Shown here: piece by piece, positions 24,274 to 38,763 of the stretch
Layout of the letters: every line of letters begins with the position of its first letter
Numbering within the stretch: the stretch's first letter is position 1
Made by a program: the position numbers and the translations under genes
DNA from: Amphiscolops sp. MND2022
Taxonomy: Eukaryota
Reading direction: 5' to 3'
Assembly: GCA_964187785.1 (NCBI GenBank)
Contig: OZ076420.1
Location: 29,326,001-29,390,000, forward strand
Length of the DNA stretch: 64,000 bases
The notes under the pieces: model-generated
The model's input: only the letters and a program-made list of their open reading frames with translations
The model's database searches: none
What the model was told of the DNA's origin: nothing

Positions 24274-24844
24274 AGTACCTCAAGTACTAATTTTTCGCTT
24301 CAATATGTCTCTGTTCTTCGCAAATGCTGAGAAGTTTCTGAAATGCTCCAAATCTTTCATATCTTTGAGATTGGCCCAGTGCAAAGAACGAAACGAAGAC
24401 TTGAAATGGATGATTGTCGATGGGAATCCTTTCAATTTTATGGATCATTCCGGCATCAATGTCCTTAGAAACTTACACGAGCACTGCAAAAACATGGATA
24501 TCAAGTTAATCATTACCAATTGTCGTTTTGACATCTTGATGAAGTTTCGCCAAGAAGGATTGACTGATGTGTTGGATGCCGATAGTTTTTTCCCTAGTAC
24601 CCACGATGCCATTCGGTTCATCGATGAACTGAGAGCAAAAGATGACCCCGCGAGGGAATCGAACTCCGGTATCCTTAGTGAGCTGAGTCCTGATTCCGAC
24701 AATGGACGGGATGGCGTGGAGCATAGTGCTCGGGTGTCTTCAGGAGGATCTTCGGTGGAAATGACAGAACAGGAACGTGATGTTGTTTCAAGTCTTCCTA
24801 GTTCAGAGTCTCCCCAGAAAAATGACCAAGACTCTTATGTATAG
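24274..24844 (+). CDS. SLC26 terminal exon (STAS domain)
   Basis: Acceptor tttcag at 24273. Reads VPQVLIFRFNMSLFFANAEKF...IVDGNPFNFMDHSGINVL...FFPSTHDAI (STAS), with stop at 24844. Confidence 0.93.
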
Positions 24845-27800
24845 CTTCATCCATTACCTAGGGCCACATAACTTGTATAAGTTAGAATCTCACCTCATTC
24901 ACCAACTTGCCAATATTCTGAACAGTAGCTTTAGTTTTGTACTTATAAAATCATGCTCATGTAATTTCTGCAAGACTTGCAACAAAGTCATTAAATTTGT
25001 ATTTTATTCTGAAGAATTATTCTTAAAGGATGATTTTGTATTTGTTTCTTTTTACTAATTCCAATCGACGAATTCAATTTAAAATTGCTTCAGTATTTGA
25101 AGATCTCATGCTAGTTTGCAGTCCATTTTTCAATTCAATAAAAAACAGTAAATTAATGGAAATTTTGATAAAAATTGCTTCTCAGTTTTTTTGTTTGGTT
25201 TCATCTTTTCAAGGCTGGTTAAATCATTGGAAATTTATCAAGCTGAAAAAAGATTGTTGAAAAAAACGAACACTTAAATTCTTAACTTTGGTATAGAAAT
25301 ACAAGAGTGTTACGAGAGTGTAATAAACTCGTATGAAAATACAATAATATGAAAAGTAAAAAAAATACTAAAGTCAACTTTTTTTCGAAGAGAATCTTGA
25401 CAAAATGTTCAAGATGTCTGCAATTTAGTTTGTTTACTTGTAACTCGCTTAGCAGCTAAGTCAAGCATTTTTGTTGACATGAAGCGAACGCGTATTTAGC
25501 TTGGAGTTTCTGTTTTTAAATAATGCAGAAAGACTTAAGTGCTCACTTAGAAGCTCAGGACTCATTGCTCATTGTTCAACATTCCGGAAACAAACATTTT
25601 GCATTATTGAAAGTTAGAATACAGTAGGCCCAAAGATGTTCCCTTTTAGTTGTTTCTCAATTCTGTGAGATTAAGAATTATTCTGAAACAGTTGCTTTGG
25701 ATATTTTGAGCCTTAAGCGGCACCGTTCCCGGCTCTTCCAAATACTTTTTTGAAAAATATTCCTTCGAAAAATTGCACTGTATTCGAACTATTAACGTTA
25801 TATCCGAAATACGCTTTACCTCGTCAGGGAAAAGGTGGGGGTTTGAATTTAATCAATGCCGAATCGTTTCAAACTAAGCTATACCATCTTCTGGTATAAC
25901 GTATATAACAAAATATAATGTGCTGTATCCAATTTGTCGACGTTATATCTGAATTTTAGGTCTGACGTCAAAGAAAAGTGGGGTTTCTAATCTGAATGTC
26001 TTTTAATTTTGAAGTGGAATAATTTCACTGATATGAACGTCTTTAGAACGTCTGAATTCGGCGCCCGCTTAAGGGTCAAAAAGCATCGTCTCATAAAGAT
26101 GCTCAAGGAAGTTTTTACGAAATTGACGTATATTATTTGAAGGATTCGAACTCTTGACCTGCTTGCGAAGCACGCATCATAAGCTCTGAACGGTGTGACA
26201 TCATAAGTGACGGGACTTTGTCTCGAGTGTCTGTTCGAAAAGTGGAACGTTCAGTGTGAGGCCTCAGACCCTACAAAACAGAAACAGGACGGGAACATTT
26301 TGCTATGGAGGTTGAGAAATTTGAAATTTTCATTGGAAGTTCGTTTATTTGATGACTATTTCACTTCATTTCCAAAAACTGTCGAAAATATGGTGGAAAG
26401 ATCTTCCAGTGTGTATCGAAAAAGGCTTTGCTGTATTTTAATTTCATGAAGTTGTCTTAGAAAGTCTGATGAATAAGCATTTAAAAACGAAATAATTTGA
26501 AATGTTGTAACACTTTGGTGTTTGAGTTCGAAATTGTCTCGGTTGGGAGCATTTGTGATAGTAGTTGCATTTTGAACTGAAGTTGCTTTTTGGGACATTG
26601 TTTTTGCTTCAATGAAGCATTATCCGCCCAAGGCTCAAAAAGCGCTAAGTTTTGAAAATATTTTCAGGGCGTTTTTGAGTGAAATCATGGAGTACCAAAC
26701 AAGTGGCAGTTAAATGGTACTAAGTCATCTCAAAGAAATGTGTCAAATCGCTGGTCTTAGAACACCAACATTCAAATATAGCGCAGTATTTTCGAACCTC
26801 CGCCTTCTCCTTGATAGAAAGCAAATTTACTGATGTAGCGTCAAAACTTCGGATGTAGCCTGCTGAGAAAATGGAGCGCTTTTTCTCGAAACTCGGCCTC
26901 CTCTTAAGTAAAATGCAATTTACTTCGGATACAACGTCAAATCCGGATATTGCGCAACGTTCTCAAACCTCCGCTTCCTCTTTAGTAAAACGCATTTACT
27001 TCGGATATAACGTCAAAAGTTCGCATATAGCGTGCTGGGGCAAATAGGGGCGCTTTTTTCGAACATCGACCTCCTCCGTAGTAAGACAGACTTTACATCC
27101 CATTTAACGCCAAAATCCGGATATAGAGCTTCGTGCCACGGCGGCCACAGAATTGTGCCGGAGATTGTAAAAGTTGACCATTCAGTGTATATTGTCATCT
27201 GACAAAAAAGTTGCCTTCCAAGAGTAGGGTTTAATAAACGAGAAAGCTTTTTTTGTCGCGAAATGGTTGTCCAAAAGCGGCAATGAATGCAAAAGTCACA
27301 TTTTGACTATTTTCAAAACCATTTTTCTCAATTTATTCTGTTTCTTCGACAGTAGATCCAATGAAAAATATTTGCATTGGTTCAAGTTTAGCCGATTTTT
27401 GAAAAATTTGATCGAAAGTAGCACTCGTTTCTCCCGAATTGATTCCAGTCAGTTTCTTGCAAATAGTCTGATTAAAAGCCCTTGTATTAGTTGGTATCGT
27501 TTGAAGATGCCCGATGTTGTGAGCCCGCCCCATTCGGTTTTCACTGTCAAAGTTTTCACTACTTTTCCAGTCGTTTTGTAACTGTTCCCGGAAATGATTT
27601 CACTAATGGGTTCTTGCTTTTCGAGTGTTTTCTACCCAAGCAATGTTCCATTTTTCCTGCTAATTGACAGGCTGTTCAATCGACTATGTTTGTCGTCCAC
27701 CCTCGTATCGTCTGATTCAAAGTTTACCTGTAAAAAGTTGAACTAAAACGAATGACCACCAATGAGTGGAAAAACTGAACAATTTAGCTATTGAAACCAT

Positions 27801-28411
27801 GGATTCATCCTTCCTTGCATTCTGAAGTCAATCTCTCAGATCGAACAGGGAATTCCGGGGAAAAGCAGTTTGTACGCGAATGAACTTTTGACTTCTCATA
27901 TAAAATTTTTTTTGTGTTGAATTGGTTTTTGAAGCTAGAATTTTGTGTAGTAAGTCTAATTGTTTCATGGGACTGAAATTTCGCCTTAAATGACTAGTAG
28001 TTACGTGACACTTGATTTTCCTCACTGAATATTACGTAATTTTGAGCTGTAAGAGTCCAGGCGAGCTTTATGAGAGCACAGTTGTTAGGGCTCTAATAAT
28101 TTGTGGATTGATTAAACGGACCATTTTTACGCCAGTTCGGACGTTTGGGTTTTTCGTAAGTGTTTCGAAACTTTTTCGTGAGTTTTTCATGAAAAAGGTC
28201 CTAAGCATATTTTAAAAAGTTTGCGCTTTTTGATCCTTAGGTATTACGCCGACTTGAGACATTCCCGTCTTATCTTGCTTACCTTCTGAAAAAGCTTTTA
28301 ATCACTGGCTGTTTTGCTTTCTACGATGAGTGTGTTTTGCTTTATATGGTTAGTGTGCATTTATAATGAGTTGGCTATTTCACATGGAGTATATGTAATT
28401 TCAGATACACA

Positions 28412-29134
28412 ATGGGTCATCACAAGAAAGAAAAGAAAAAGAAACATAAATCTGGAACCAATGAGAGAAGTGAAGATGAAGATGAACATCCATCATTGGA
28501 CCAATCAAAAAAAGTAGTTCAACCCACTGTGGAATCCTCACATGGAGACAAGCACAATGATAGCGGAGATGGCCCCAAAGAGAAGAAATCCAAAAAACAT
28601 AAAAAGGAAAAGAAAAGCAAAAAGGATCATAAAAGCAAGAAGGAAAAGAAGAGGCGAAAACGAGAAAGCGAATCTGCTGAAAGTGAGGCTGAGAACGATG
28701 CAAGCGATGACAACGAAAACGATGATTCAAATAGAGCTAGCAAAGAAAATTCGAAACATGTAAGCCCGAAACTGACAAAGTTGGTGGATTATGACGATGT
28801 TGGGCAGAATTGTGCTTTGGGATCAAATTCCAATGGTGTCAACGACGACATGAACCTGAAAGTATCAGCAACTGATAATGTTTCAACTCATGGTTCTGAA
28901 GACGTATTAGATTCTAAAGCGTGGATCGCTGCCCCTGCAGTTGCAGATTTTGAGGAAGACGATGAAATGACAGAACACCCCATGATATGTAATTTAGTCC
29001 CGAGGCAAGCGGTGTCTTCAAGTGTCCCCTCAGCTAAAGTTACGTCACTGAAGGGCCAAATTGTTTCCTCTTCGTCAGTTGTTGCAAATGGAAAGACTTC
29101 CACTAAGCCAGACAGCTTGTCCAAAACAGCATCG
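28412..29134 (+). CDS. PRPF4B: PRP4 kinase exon 1 (Lys/His/acidic low-complexity N-terminus)
   Basis: ATG at 28412, KKHKKEKK tracts, and donor gtaata at 29135 in phase 0, in frame with the next exon. Assigned by continuity with the kinase exon. Confidence 0.7.
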
Positions 29135-30404
29135 GTAATACTTCATGGTTGGATTATGTGGTAAAGGAGAGCTTTCTGTATTTCAACCTACTAGTTACGT
29201 CTATTGAATTTTTAAAAACAACATTAGGACCCAAAATTTCTCGATCTGTTTTTGATTTTTGATAGGTCTTAGTCGAGGTTCTCTACGACAAAGGTTCTCC
29301 TTTGTTGTGAAATTTACTCAAGCATTGTTCGATTTCAATTTTGAACAAATCTGCTGTGAGTATGCTCTAGAATGTGCTCAAGAGACATGGAAGAAGACGT
29401 TTCTGTCATTTAGGTCAGGCGCATCATGACGTAATTTTCAAGGGCATCACTCTCAAAGCTCTTGAAGGCGAATGATGATGTGGTACCTCTGTAGAGAAAT
29501 TACGTCTGCAGTGCGACACTTTTACCGTGGCTCTACTGTAGTGCCGAGTGGAATTTCTTTTGCCAGAGTGGTTAGTTTTTGCGATAGTTTCCTTAGTGAA
29601 GCTAACATTGGCAAACGACACCAGGTAAGCAGTTGAAACACCGGTTTCTCATTCTTAACATTACCTGTTTTTGCACCAAATGAAATATAGACCGATTCTT
29701 ATCTAGATTTTTTTTCGGTTTTTAGTCGGCGCTTCATTAGGTAAAACGCTACTATAATGACTTCTTCAATCCACACGAACTGGCCTAGTTTTACTTACAA
29801 GTTCTACAAATTGTACCATTTGGCCCAGGGAACAGCTATAATAGTTGTTCTTTTTTTGGCGTAACATACAAAACCGAACGAGACTAAATAGTCCCACCTT
29901 CCAAATTTTTTTTGGGACAGACTTTTTTTCGAAAATTTTCATCAATCACTTAAGCTCGGCGCCGAGTCGGGCGTCCCCGAATTGTTTTCGGGTGTGACTA
30001 GTGACAAGCTTGGACAACGCTAATTTTCAAATTGTTCACCTGAAAGCATTGGAGATAGCACGTTTTTAGGACAAGATAATGCTTCATTGAAGCAAAAACT
30101 ATTTCCCAAAAAGCAACTACAGTCTTCGAAATGCAACTACTATCAACAAATGCTCCCAACCGAGACAATTTCGAACTCGAACACAAAAGTGTTTTAAATA
30201 TTTCAAATTATTTCGTTTTTAAATGCTTATTCATCAGACTTTCTACGACAACTTCATGAAATTAAAATGCAGCAAAGCCTTTTTCGATACACGCTGGAAG
30301 ATCTTTCCACCATATTTTCGACAGTTTTTGGGAATGAAGAAGCTTCAATCATGAAATAGTCATCAAATAAACGAACTTCCAATGAATATTTCAAATTTTT
30401 CAAG

Positions 30405-30660
30405 AACTCAGAATTCGAATGAAATTTTTACAGTCGCTCTACCATCATATTAGGGTCCTATGTGTGCAATGGCATCAAAATCGTATGATTTGCATTTGAG
30501 AAACATATCCAAAACTCGTCCAAAAATAGCCAAAAAGAGGCTATTTTGTACTTTTTTTGATTTTCTCAAAAACTGTCTATATGATTTAAACGAAATTTTG
30601 TACAATCATTCTATACCATATTAGGGTCCTATGTGTGCAATGACATCAATATATCATTTC
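30405..30660. repeat. Dispersed/tandem repeat family (core atattagggtcctatgtgtgcaatg)
   Basis: Core at about 30448 and 30619 (period 171 bp), with another copy at about 36085 inside a related block (35810-36130). Confidence 0.7.
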
Positions 30661-31097
30661 TGCGATAGCAGGAATATTATTGAAATTTCAAGATTTCAAC
30701 TTTTCAGTAAAATTTTTGTCGTGATGCTGAAACATTGATATTTTGTTCGGCAGTGACTGTAAGCGTGAGATTTAAATTTCTCAAGCTGCCGACAACAATT
30801 CATTTCTCGTGCGATGCAACGAGCGAGTGGTAATTATGCTTTCGTACGCCGAGTTATTGAGATGAAGCGAACGAGTGTTAGTTATTCGTTCGCCGAGAGC
30901 TTCGCCTGCATTCAAATGCGAATGCGAAACTTCGTCTACGCTCAGTATTTATATTTTCTTTAGTCCGGGAAGAATTGAAGGCGGTGTAAACTGGTAAAGT
31001 GATTAATTGTGCGCCATTAAAATGAATAAGACATGCTTCTATTATTGAAGATGAAAGAGTAAAGGCAGAAATAATACTGTGCCCCGCAGGGGCCTAT

Positions 31098-31600
31098 TTT
31101 TAGTCGGCGTTTTTCTTCAGAAAAAAGCCCGACTATTACAGTCACTCGTTTTTTTTATTTTTTTTTCTTTTTTTTTATTTAAGACAGACTCGAAGCGACG
31201 AACGTTAAAATTAACGTTCAACCACTAAATAAGTACTAAACTACTGGACCGCTAAAGGCAAACGGGGAGCGCATTCATTTACTTTTTAAACGTTACATAC
31301 AAGCCCGGACGGGACTAAAGTTTCGTACCCCCCCTTTCGATTTTTTTTCGGCGCTGTGAGATTTTTTTTTCGAATTTTTTTTAATGTCCCCAAAGGGTCC
31401 CCCCTTTGAGTTTTTTGTTATTTTGCTACAGAATGCGTGTTTATAAATCAAAAAGGGTCCCCCTTTTACATTTTTCGGCACTGTCCGACATTTTCCGAAA
31501 GAATTTTTTTTTCGAAAATTTCAAGTTTTTTTCCAAAAAAAATGTTTTGCGCTTTTTGAGCCTTAGATATAGCGCCGACTTGAGGCGTTCTCGTCTTGTT
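31098..31600 (+). mobile_element. Complete HINE-like element
   Basis: 5' agtcggcg at 31102. 3' gagccttagatatagcgccgact-tgaggcgttctcgtcttgtt ends at 31600. Confidence 0.8.
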
Positions 31601-32269
31601 CAATATTTAATTTCGTTTCCGACTCTCCTAAATGAAGTTATCGACGGGGTTTGCAAATTTGGAGAATAGTGGTAAAGTTTGGTTTATAGGTTTTGGAAAA
31701 CTGACTGATTTTCGTGTTCAATAATTCTGTTTAAGCAGGAATATTGAAGCACTAAAATATAACTTTCCTCCTATTCCGTCTGTTCAGTTCTACTCAAATC
31801 AAACAGCTGGAATTCTTGACATAAATCGATTGATTGTTCGCTGTGAGCTTTGACTGCCTTCAAAAGAATGGCTGCAAAAGGTCACCATCGCTTATCATTA
31901 TCTCCTTTCATTCAAGTACAAAAATTTTTCTTTATTCAAGTACAAAAATTTTTCTTTATTCAAGTAAAAATACTTGTTTTCAAGGTTCGGATGCTTTCAG
32001 TTAAACTTGCACGTTTTAAAAATCGAATGGTGTTATTTCAACGTTTTATGCCTGCAATTGTTACTAATTCAAGTTGTATAAAAATGACATGTTATGCCGG
32101 AAACCGGCATGAAAATAGATATACATTTTGAAATTCATTTGGATTTTGCAGTTGAAATATTTCGAGCTCCGAAGGGCGGATTTGTGATGGTTTTCATTGT
32201 TACGGTTGTGTTCAATAAAGAGATTAGCTTTCCTTGAGACAAGTTTTCAATCCAACCATGATTCTACAG

Positions 32270-32914
32270 GAATCGAAGACGGCCTTGTCATCCTCGACAA
32301 AGGTAGTCAAAGCTTCGAACGAAGATGGTCTTGAGAAGTCATCTGGAGATGTTCGTGTTAATGGAAAGGACAAGGAAGACACCCATCGATCGCGTTCCAG
32401 ATCTATCAAACGCAATGACCGCAAAAGATCTCGCTCAAGATCCAAATCTGGCGGTGGGTCTAGAACTAACCGACACAGAGAGACTGACAAAGATCGGAGA
32501 GAGCATTATTATCACAGTCGTGACTCAAAACGGAGACGCAGCAAATCGCGGTCGAGAGATTATCAAAGAGGTCATAATGCTGAAAGTCGTGTGAACGGTG
32601 GATCCCGTGGCGATTTGAAATCAAAAGATGACTCAAGAGCTGCAGAATCCAGTGAATCTGAAGAACTGGATATCACAATGGAAAGTGAAGACGAGGAAGA
32701 GATCATAGAAAGAAGACGCCGTGAAAGAAAGTGTTTGGTCGAGTTTTTGTCGGAAGTAACGGATACCACGGAGCCGGCACCTGTGGGCTCTTTGGAGATT
32801 GACAGTGGGAGGAAGGCGAGTAAGAAACAGAAGAAGCGCAACAAGAGAGACTCGTCAGATTCTTCAAGGAGTAGCTCCTCTTCTTCAGCATCGCCGTCTA
32901 TCAACAGTGATGAG
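32270..32914 (+). CDS. PRPF4B: PRP4 kinase exon 2 (RS-rich region)
   Basis: Acceptor ctacag at 32269 and donor gtcagt at 32915; 645 nt, phase 0-0. Contains RSRSRS tracts and EDEEEIIERRRRER, typical of the PRP4K N-terminal region. Confidence 0.85.
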
Positions 32915-33545
32915 GTCAGTGTTTGTCGAATCTTGTATATCTTGAAATTATTGATTCGAAAAATAGCGACCCCTCTAAGCCGCATTTTTTGTTCAGCTAT
33001 AGAAATAAAAGCCACCATCTACTGCAAGGCGAATCGTTACCGGAATTCTCTGAATCATATCTAACGGGCCATTCTGCCCAATTTTTTTAAAAGTGTCTAC
33101 CAAATAGTTTATTTGTGCTAGTTAAATTTCGAACTCTCGTGTATGAAATTATTATAAAGCTATTCCGGGACCGCGATCGGAAAAAAGTGACTTTTTTCCA
33201 AAACTATGGCAAGTGTGTCAAGTTAGATGTGTTAAAATGTGAAAGTTGTTCGTCAAGTTTGCAGATGATAATTTTTTCTCAGCCCCAAGGTTCAATACAT
33301 TAATTAAATCGGAAAGTATTTTGAAAAGGTCATAGAATAATGGCACATCGCATAAATGATTATTTCAACTTGGAACGAAACTCCCAATAGAGGTTCTTTT
33401 ACCAACTGTATCAAGTAACAGGATTTAAAAGATGAACTGTTTTTCTCACGCAACAAAATAAGCGAAGCACTGTTTTTTTATAATCAGCTAAATCTTCAAG
33501 TCGCGGTGTTACTGAATTTTGGGACAGAAAACGTTTGAATAGTGA

Positions 33546-34760
<1,215 letters not shown>

Positions 34761-36888
34761 AAACCTTCAATTGCTGTTTTCTTATCTGTTACATTTAATG
34801 TGTTAGATGACTTTTAATGAATCATCCTATAGATTTGAATTTTGGCTTATTTTGGTTGTATCACAAATCATTTTGCGATTCAATACAATATATTTGGTTT
34901 TTGATTCGTTATTTTTGTCTGTCTCGCGAGTTGATGACATTTGTCTACAGCGATGGAAAATAGTCGTAATGTTTGTTAATTTTTAGAGTCATTTTTCAGC
35001 GGAGTCGAATTTGCGAGTCGAATCCCGCTCAGCGCCAGTTTCTTTGATTTCAAATTAAACTCTTGAATTAGAGTTCATTGATGATATATCGTATACTTGG
35101 TGCGGTATAAAACGGTTTTAACGTCAAAAAATCAAAAATGCGCATTTTTTGTTTTTGCAATTTGCCATGTGAAAAATTCCGAATATAACCAGAATTTTTA
35201 GGTTGACTTTTTTTTAAAACGCAAAGCATAGTAGTTTTTTTGTATCACTCGAATCACTTCGCAGGACGGACGTCGTGGATTCGAATACCGCGCAGGACCA
35301 AACGCTTTTTCTACTTGCGAAGCTAAACGGTACCAAAGTTTCTCGGCAAAGTTTTCTAATGTTTTCAGTAGTAGAACGTTTTTTTTTAGTTTCAATGCTT
35401 CTCCTTAAGGTATTTTCCGACACCGTGAGATTGATAAGCAAAGAAAAGCTTCCCCTTTTGGTTTTTCGGCACTGTTAGACTTTTTCAAAAAAATTCGGGG
35501 ATATTACTGAAGTTTTCGGGGAAGTTTTCTTACAGGACTCAAAGGTGCCCCTCTGGGTATCTTTTGGCACTGTGAGATTATTATAGAGTTTTCTCAATTA
35601 TCACGAGCATATATGAAAGACTAAGCTCTTTCTGAGCCTTAAGCGGGGCTCCGCCTTGAGCCCTTTCCCTATGTTTCATCTAATTCTATGCCGTTCAATT
35701 AACTTCAAAAATATGGCCCTATTCATGAAAGATCCCTTGTTCAAATTGGTTTTTGAAGGTTGCCAACATTTACTATGATTTTGTAAAATTCGAACGAAAA
35801 CTTTCTTGCGTTAATTTTGTTCTTAGGCACTCGTACTTTTTCTCCCGACATTTCAATGAAAATTCCAAATTTCTCAAAAATTGTCTATATGAAGTTAATG
35901 AAATTTAGAACAATCATTCTACACCCAAAAGTGCTCGTGCGTGCGCAAAATTGTATGACTGGGATTCGAGAAAGAATAACAAAATTTGTCCAAAAATTGC
36001 CAAAAAACAGCCATTTTGGACATTTCGATTTTCTCCAAAAATCCATACGATTCGAAGGAACTTTTTAACCGTCATTCTACACCGTATTAGGGTCCTATGT
36101 GTGCAATAGACTCAAAATCGTATGAATTGGAAGACCAAATGAGAATAAAGTACGTAATTTCAATATTTTAATCCGTTTCCGACTCTACCGCACATGTGGC
36201 TCTGGTTCCTTGTTGTATTTGACTTTCTAAAGCTGCTTGAATGATTCATCTGAAATTTGGCGGTTATATCAGATCTTGAAATTTTTCAGGTTTCACTTTG
36301 CATCAGTTTTAATTTCAAATGGAGCTGAGACGTCAGTTTTTACCATTTTATGGCAAAAATTCAGTCACGTTATGAACTGGCGTCCTCTTCAGCGTCCCGC
36401 TTGATTACAATAGATAAGTAGTTGCGAACTCAATGTATGAATACAACGTGATCGTGTCGGTAACGAAGTGGGAAATATTTTCGGTATTCTTGGCAATAAT
36501 GGAAACTGCAGTGTAATCCTACAAAATTAACCACCGGAAGCTTGCTGAAGTTTGTAGCAGCCTCAAAATCTTGACCTCAATGGTAGCAATATGAGTCTGT
36601 CATAATTTAAAATATTTTCGTAACCGTTCTTGAATATTGTCCTGAGTGTCAGTTGCTGTACACTAGAGAGGCGGTATTATGGCTGCATTTTGTGAATATT
36701 TATAATTTAGTAAGAAGTTGTTTCCTACCTTTCTGGGCCCGAAGTCATGATGTGTGAAAAGGTAATAAAGTTGCCAGCAAAAGTAAGCATCATCTGCACA
36801 ATACTTTCAGGGGTATGAAGTGTCTTGACTGTCTATAGAACCTGAAGTCTTTTTCACGGATTTTCCGATCGTTGGTTGACTTGGCATC

Positions 36889-38763
36889 ATGAATGGACAT
36901 GCCTATGACCCAGTTCAGGCGCCTAGACAGTCGCAGCAGGCGGAGGCTGAGAATGTAGTGGCTGACGTCAATATTCTTTTGAATCAAGAAATCCCGAATT
37001 GCCAGCAAACTTTGCTATCCAGTCACCAAAACTTGGATGTTTTGGCAACGTACTGCGATGAAAGATATTCGGAGCACCCCAACAAGAAAGAAGTTCTGGA
37101 ACAAACCAGAGAGTATTGTACTCAGAGTTTGGCCAGCGTGGCGTACCAGATTAATAATCTGGCTGGAAATTTCATCGCCGTGTTGGACTTACAAGCTGCC
37201 CATATGGAAACCCTGGAACTAAGTTTGCGCAACCTCAATTGTGCTGTCGACATACACCGGGAAAAAGTGGCGAGGCGGGAAATTGGAAATATTACCTCGA
37301 CTAAACTAGTGGTGGCTACTCAGGGTGCAAAAATTAGAAAACCTGCGACTGAACTTTCTCCAATTAAATATTCACGGAAACGTATTGATTTCACAGAACT
37401 GGATCACATTGGACATGGAATCTCATTCAGGCCTGAAGAACAACCGGTGGTGCAACGCAGAGTTTCCATTGCGCAACAGGGGGCTATGGATCAGTCATCA
37501 ATGGCGAGCAGCACTTTGTCGAGATCTTCTATAAATTCCACCTCAAATACTTCCTCCGGAATTTCCACAATGTCTGGCAGTGGAACTCTCAGAGGAAAAC
37601 CTGTCTCGGTTCCGGCCGCACCCATGGCTCCAGAGTCTTACCAGCCGGGCTCTTTAGCCATGAGGTCTCTGCAGGATAAGAAAAAGAGTGATTTGGCTGC
37701 TAGAAACATTGAATCTGTAGGTCTACCAATTTCATATGAAGATAATCGCAGTTATGACATGCAAAGAAATATTTCAAGAAGCAGTGCTGCTTCAGAGGCG
37801 CATAACAGTGACACCAGTAGTATATCTTCAAGTGGCGTTGGTTCTGATTACAAGTACGCAGCTGAGGCATTCGGTTACGGAGGTTATGGTGCCCAAGCCA
37901 GAACAAGTAGTGTAAGCAGCAATTCAGGAGGAGTCGGTGATTATAAAGTCCGCGGTGACGCTTTCCGTTACGCCCCTCCCGACCAAGTGGTGATGATGCA
38001 GCAACGTCTGGGACGAAACATGTCGCAGAGTTCTCAAGGAAACACTCCAAATATTCCTGAAGATCTTGTTTATGTGGGTGGAGAATTTAGACCTGTGTTG
38101 AAAGAGGAACCGCAGCCTCAAGACTACAGTCCGTATTATCCGAACCAGCAACAGAAACCCAACTTCGTGCGTCCTCAAATGCAACTGCCGCCCCATTTGT
38201 CCAACACTGGTGCCCCCAGCCAAGTTCCACCGAATCCAGTTTCGGTCAACAGTGCAAGCATAAGCCAACAGCTGCAACCTCCGCCCCCGCAAGGAATCCT
38301 CACTAACAGTAAAAACAATATGCAAACTAACCAGTACGGTCACGGGTCATCAGTGAGTTCCAGTTACAACGTACCTCAACCTCAGCAACTTCAACAGAAG
38401 CAGGTGAAAGTTATGCAACAACCACAAGTTACTAATTTGGCGGATATTTCCCAGAACTTCGCCAACCAGCAAATGCACAATCCTCCAGCGCACCCTCAGT
38501 TTTCGCCCATGACGGAACAGCCAGGGATGAATCCAAGATACAACGGGGCACCGTCAGTTCCACCGGCTAGTCTGGACAAGTGTGAAAAGGTGGTGGCACT
38601 TTACGACTACACGGCCGAGCAGGACGATGAGTTGACGTTCGTTGAAGGCCAGATTATATTCGTGTGGAAGAAAAACGACGACGGTTGGTATGAAGGCTTG
38701 ATGCCCCCTACCTACCAACGTGGTCTTTTCCCTGGTAACTATGTGGAAGCAGTTCCGAGGTGA
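36889..38763 (+). CDS. ABI: Abl interactor (Abi family, WAVE complex subunit), single coding exon, 624 aa
   Basis: N-terminal TQSLASVAYQINNLA...VDIHREKVARREIG, then KYSRKRIDFTELDHIGHG, a Pro/Gln-rich linker and a C-terminal SH3 (ALYDYTAEQDDELTF...GWYEG...GLFPGNYV). Confidence 0.95.
   Translation: MNGHAYDPVQAPRQSQQAEAENVVADVNILLNQEIPNCQQTLLSSHQNLDVLATYCDERYSEHPNKKEVLEQTREYCTQSLASVAYQINNLAGNFIAVLDLQAAHMETLELSLRNLNCAVDIHREKVARREIGNITSTKLVVATQGAKIRKPATELSPIKYSRKRIDFTELDHIGHGISFRPEEQPVVQRRVSIAQQGAMDQSSMASSTLSRSSINSTSNTSSGISTMSGSGTLRGKPVSVPAAPMAPESYQPGSLAMRSLQDKKKSDLAARNIESVGLPISYEDNRSYDMQRNISRSSAASEAHNSDTSSISSSGVGSDYKYAAEAFGYGGYGAQARTSSVSSNSGGVGDYKVRGDAFRYAPPDQVVMMQQRLGRNMSQSSQGNTPNIPEDLVYVGGEFRPVLKEEPQPQDYSPYYPNQQQKPNFVRPQMQLPPHLSNTGAPSQVPPNPVSVNSASISQQLQPPPPQGILTNSKNNMQTNQYGHGSSVSSSYNVPQPQQLQQKQVKVMQQPQVTNLADISQNFANQQMHNPPAHPQFSPMTEQPGMNPRYNGAPSVPPASLDKCEKVVALYDYTAEQDDELTFVEGQIIFVWKKNDDGWYEGLMPPTYQRGLFPGNYVEAVPR

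Noticed and set aside
32572-33018. Antisense ORFs over real genes (also 28401-28730, 34458-34745, 37924-38343, 57828-58205, 62523-63116)
   Set aside because: They are shadow frames opposite well-supported coding sequence.
32968-33064. Extra PRP4K exon suggested by the ORF running past 32914
   Set aside because: Direct phase-0 splicing 32914 to 33558 gives a coherent protein; the extension is intron read-through.
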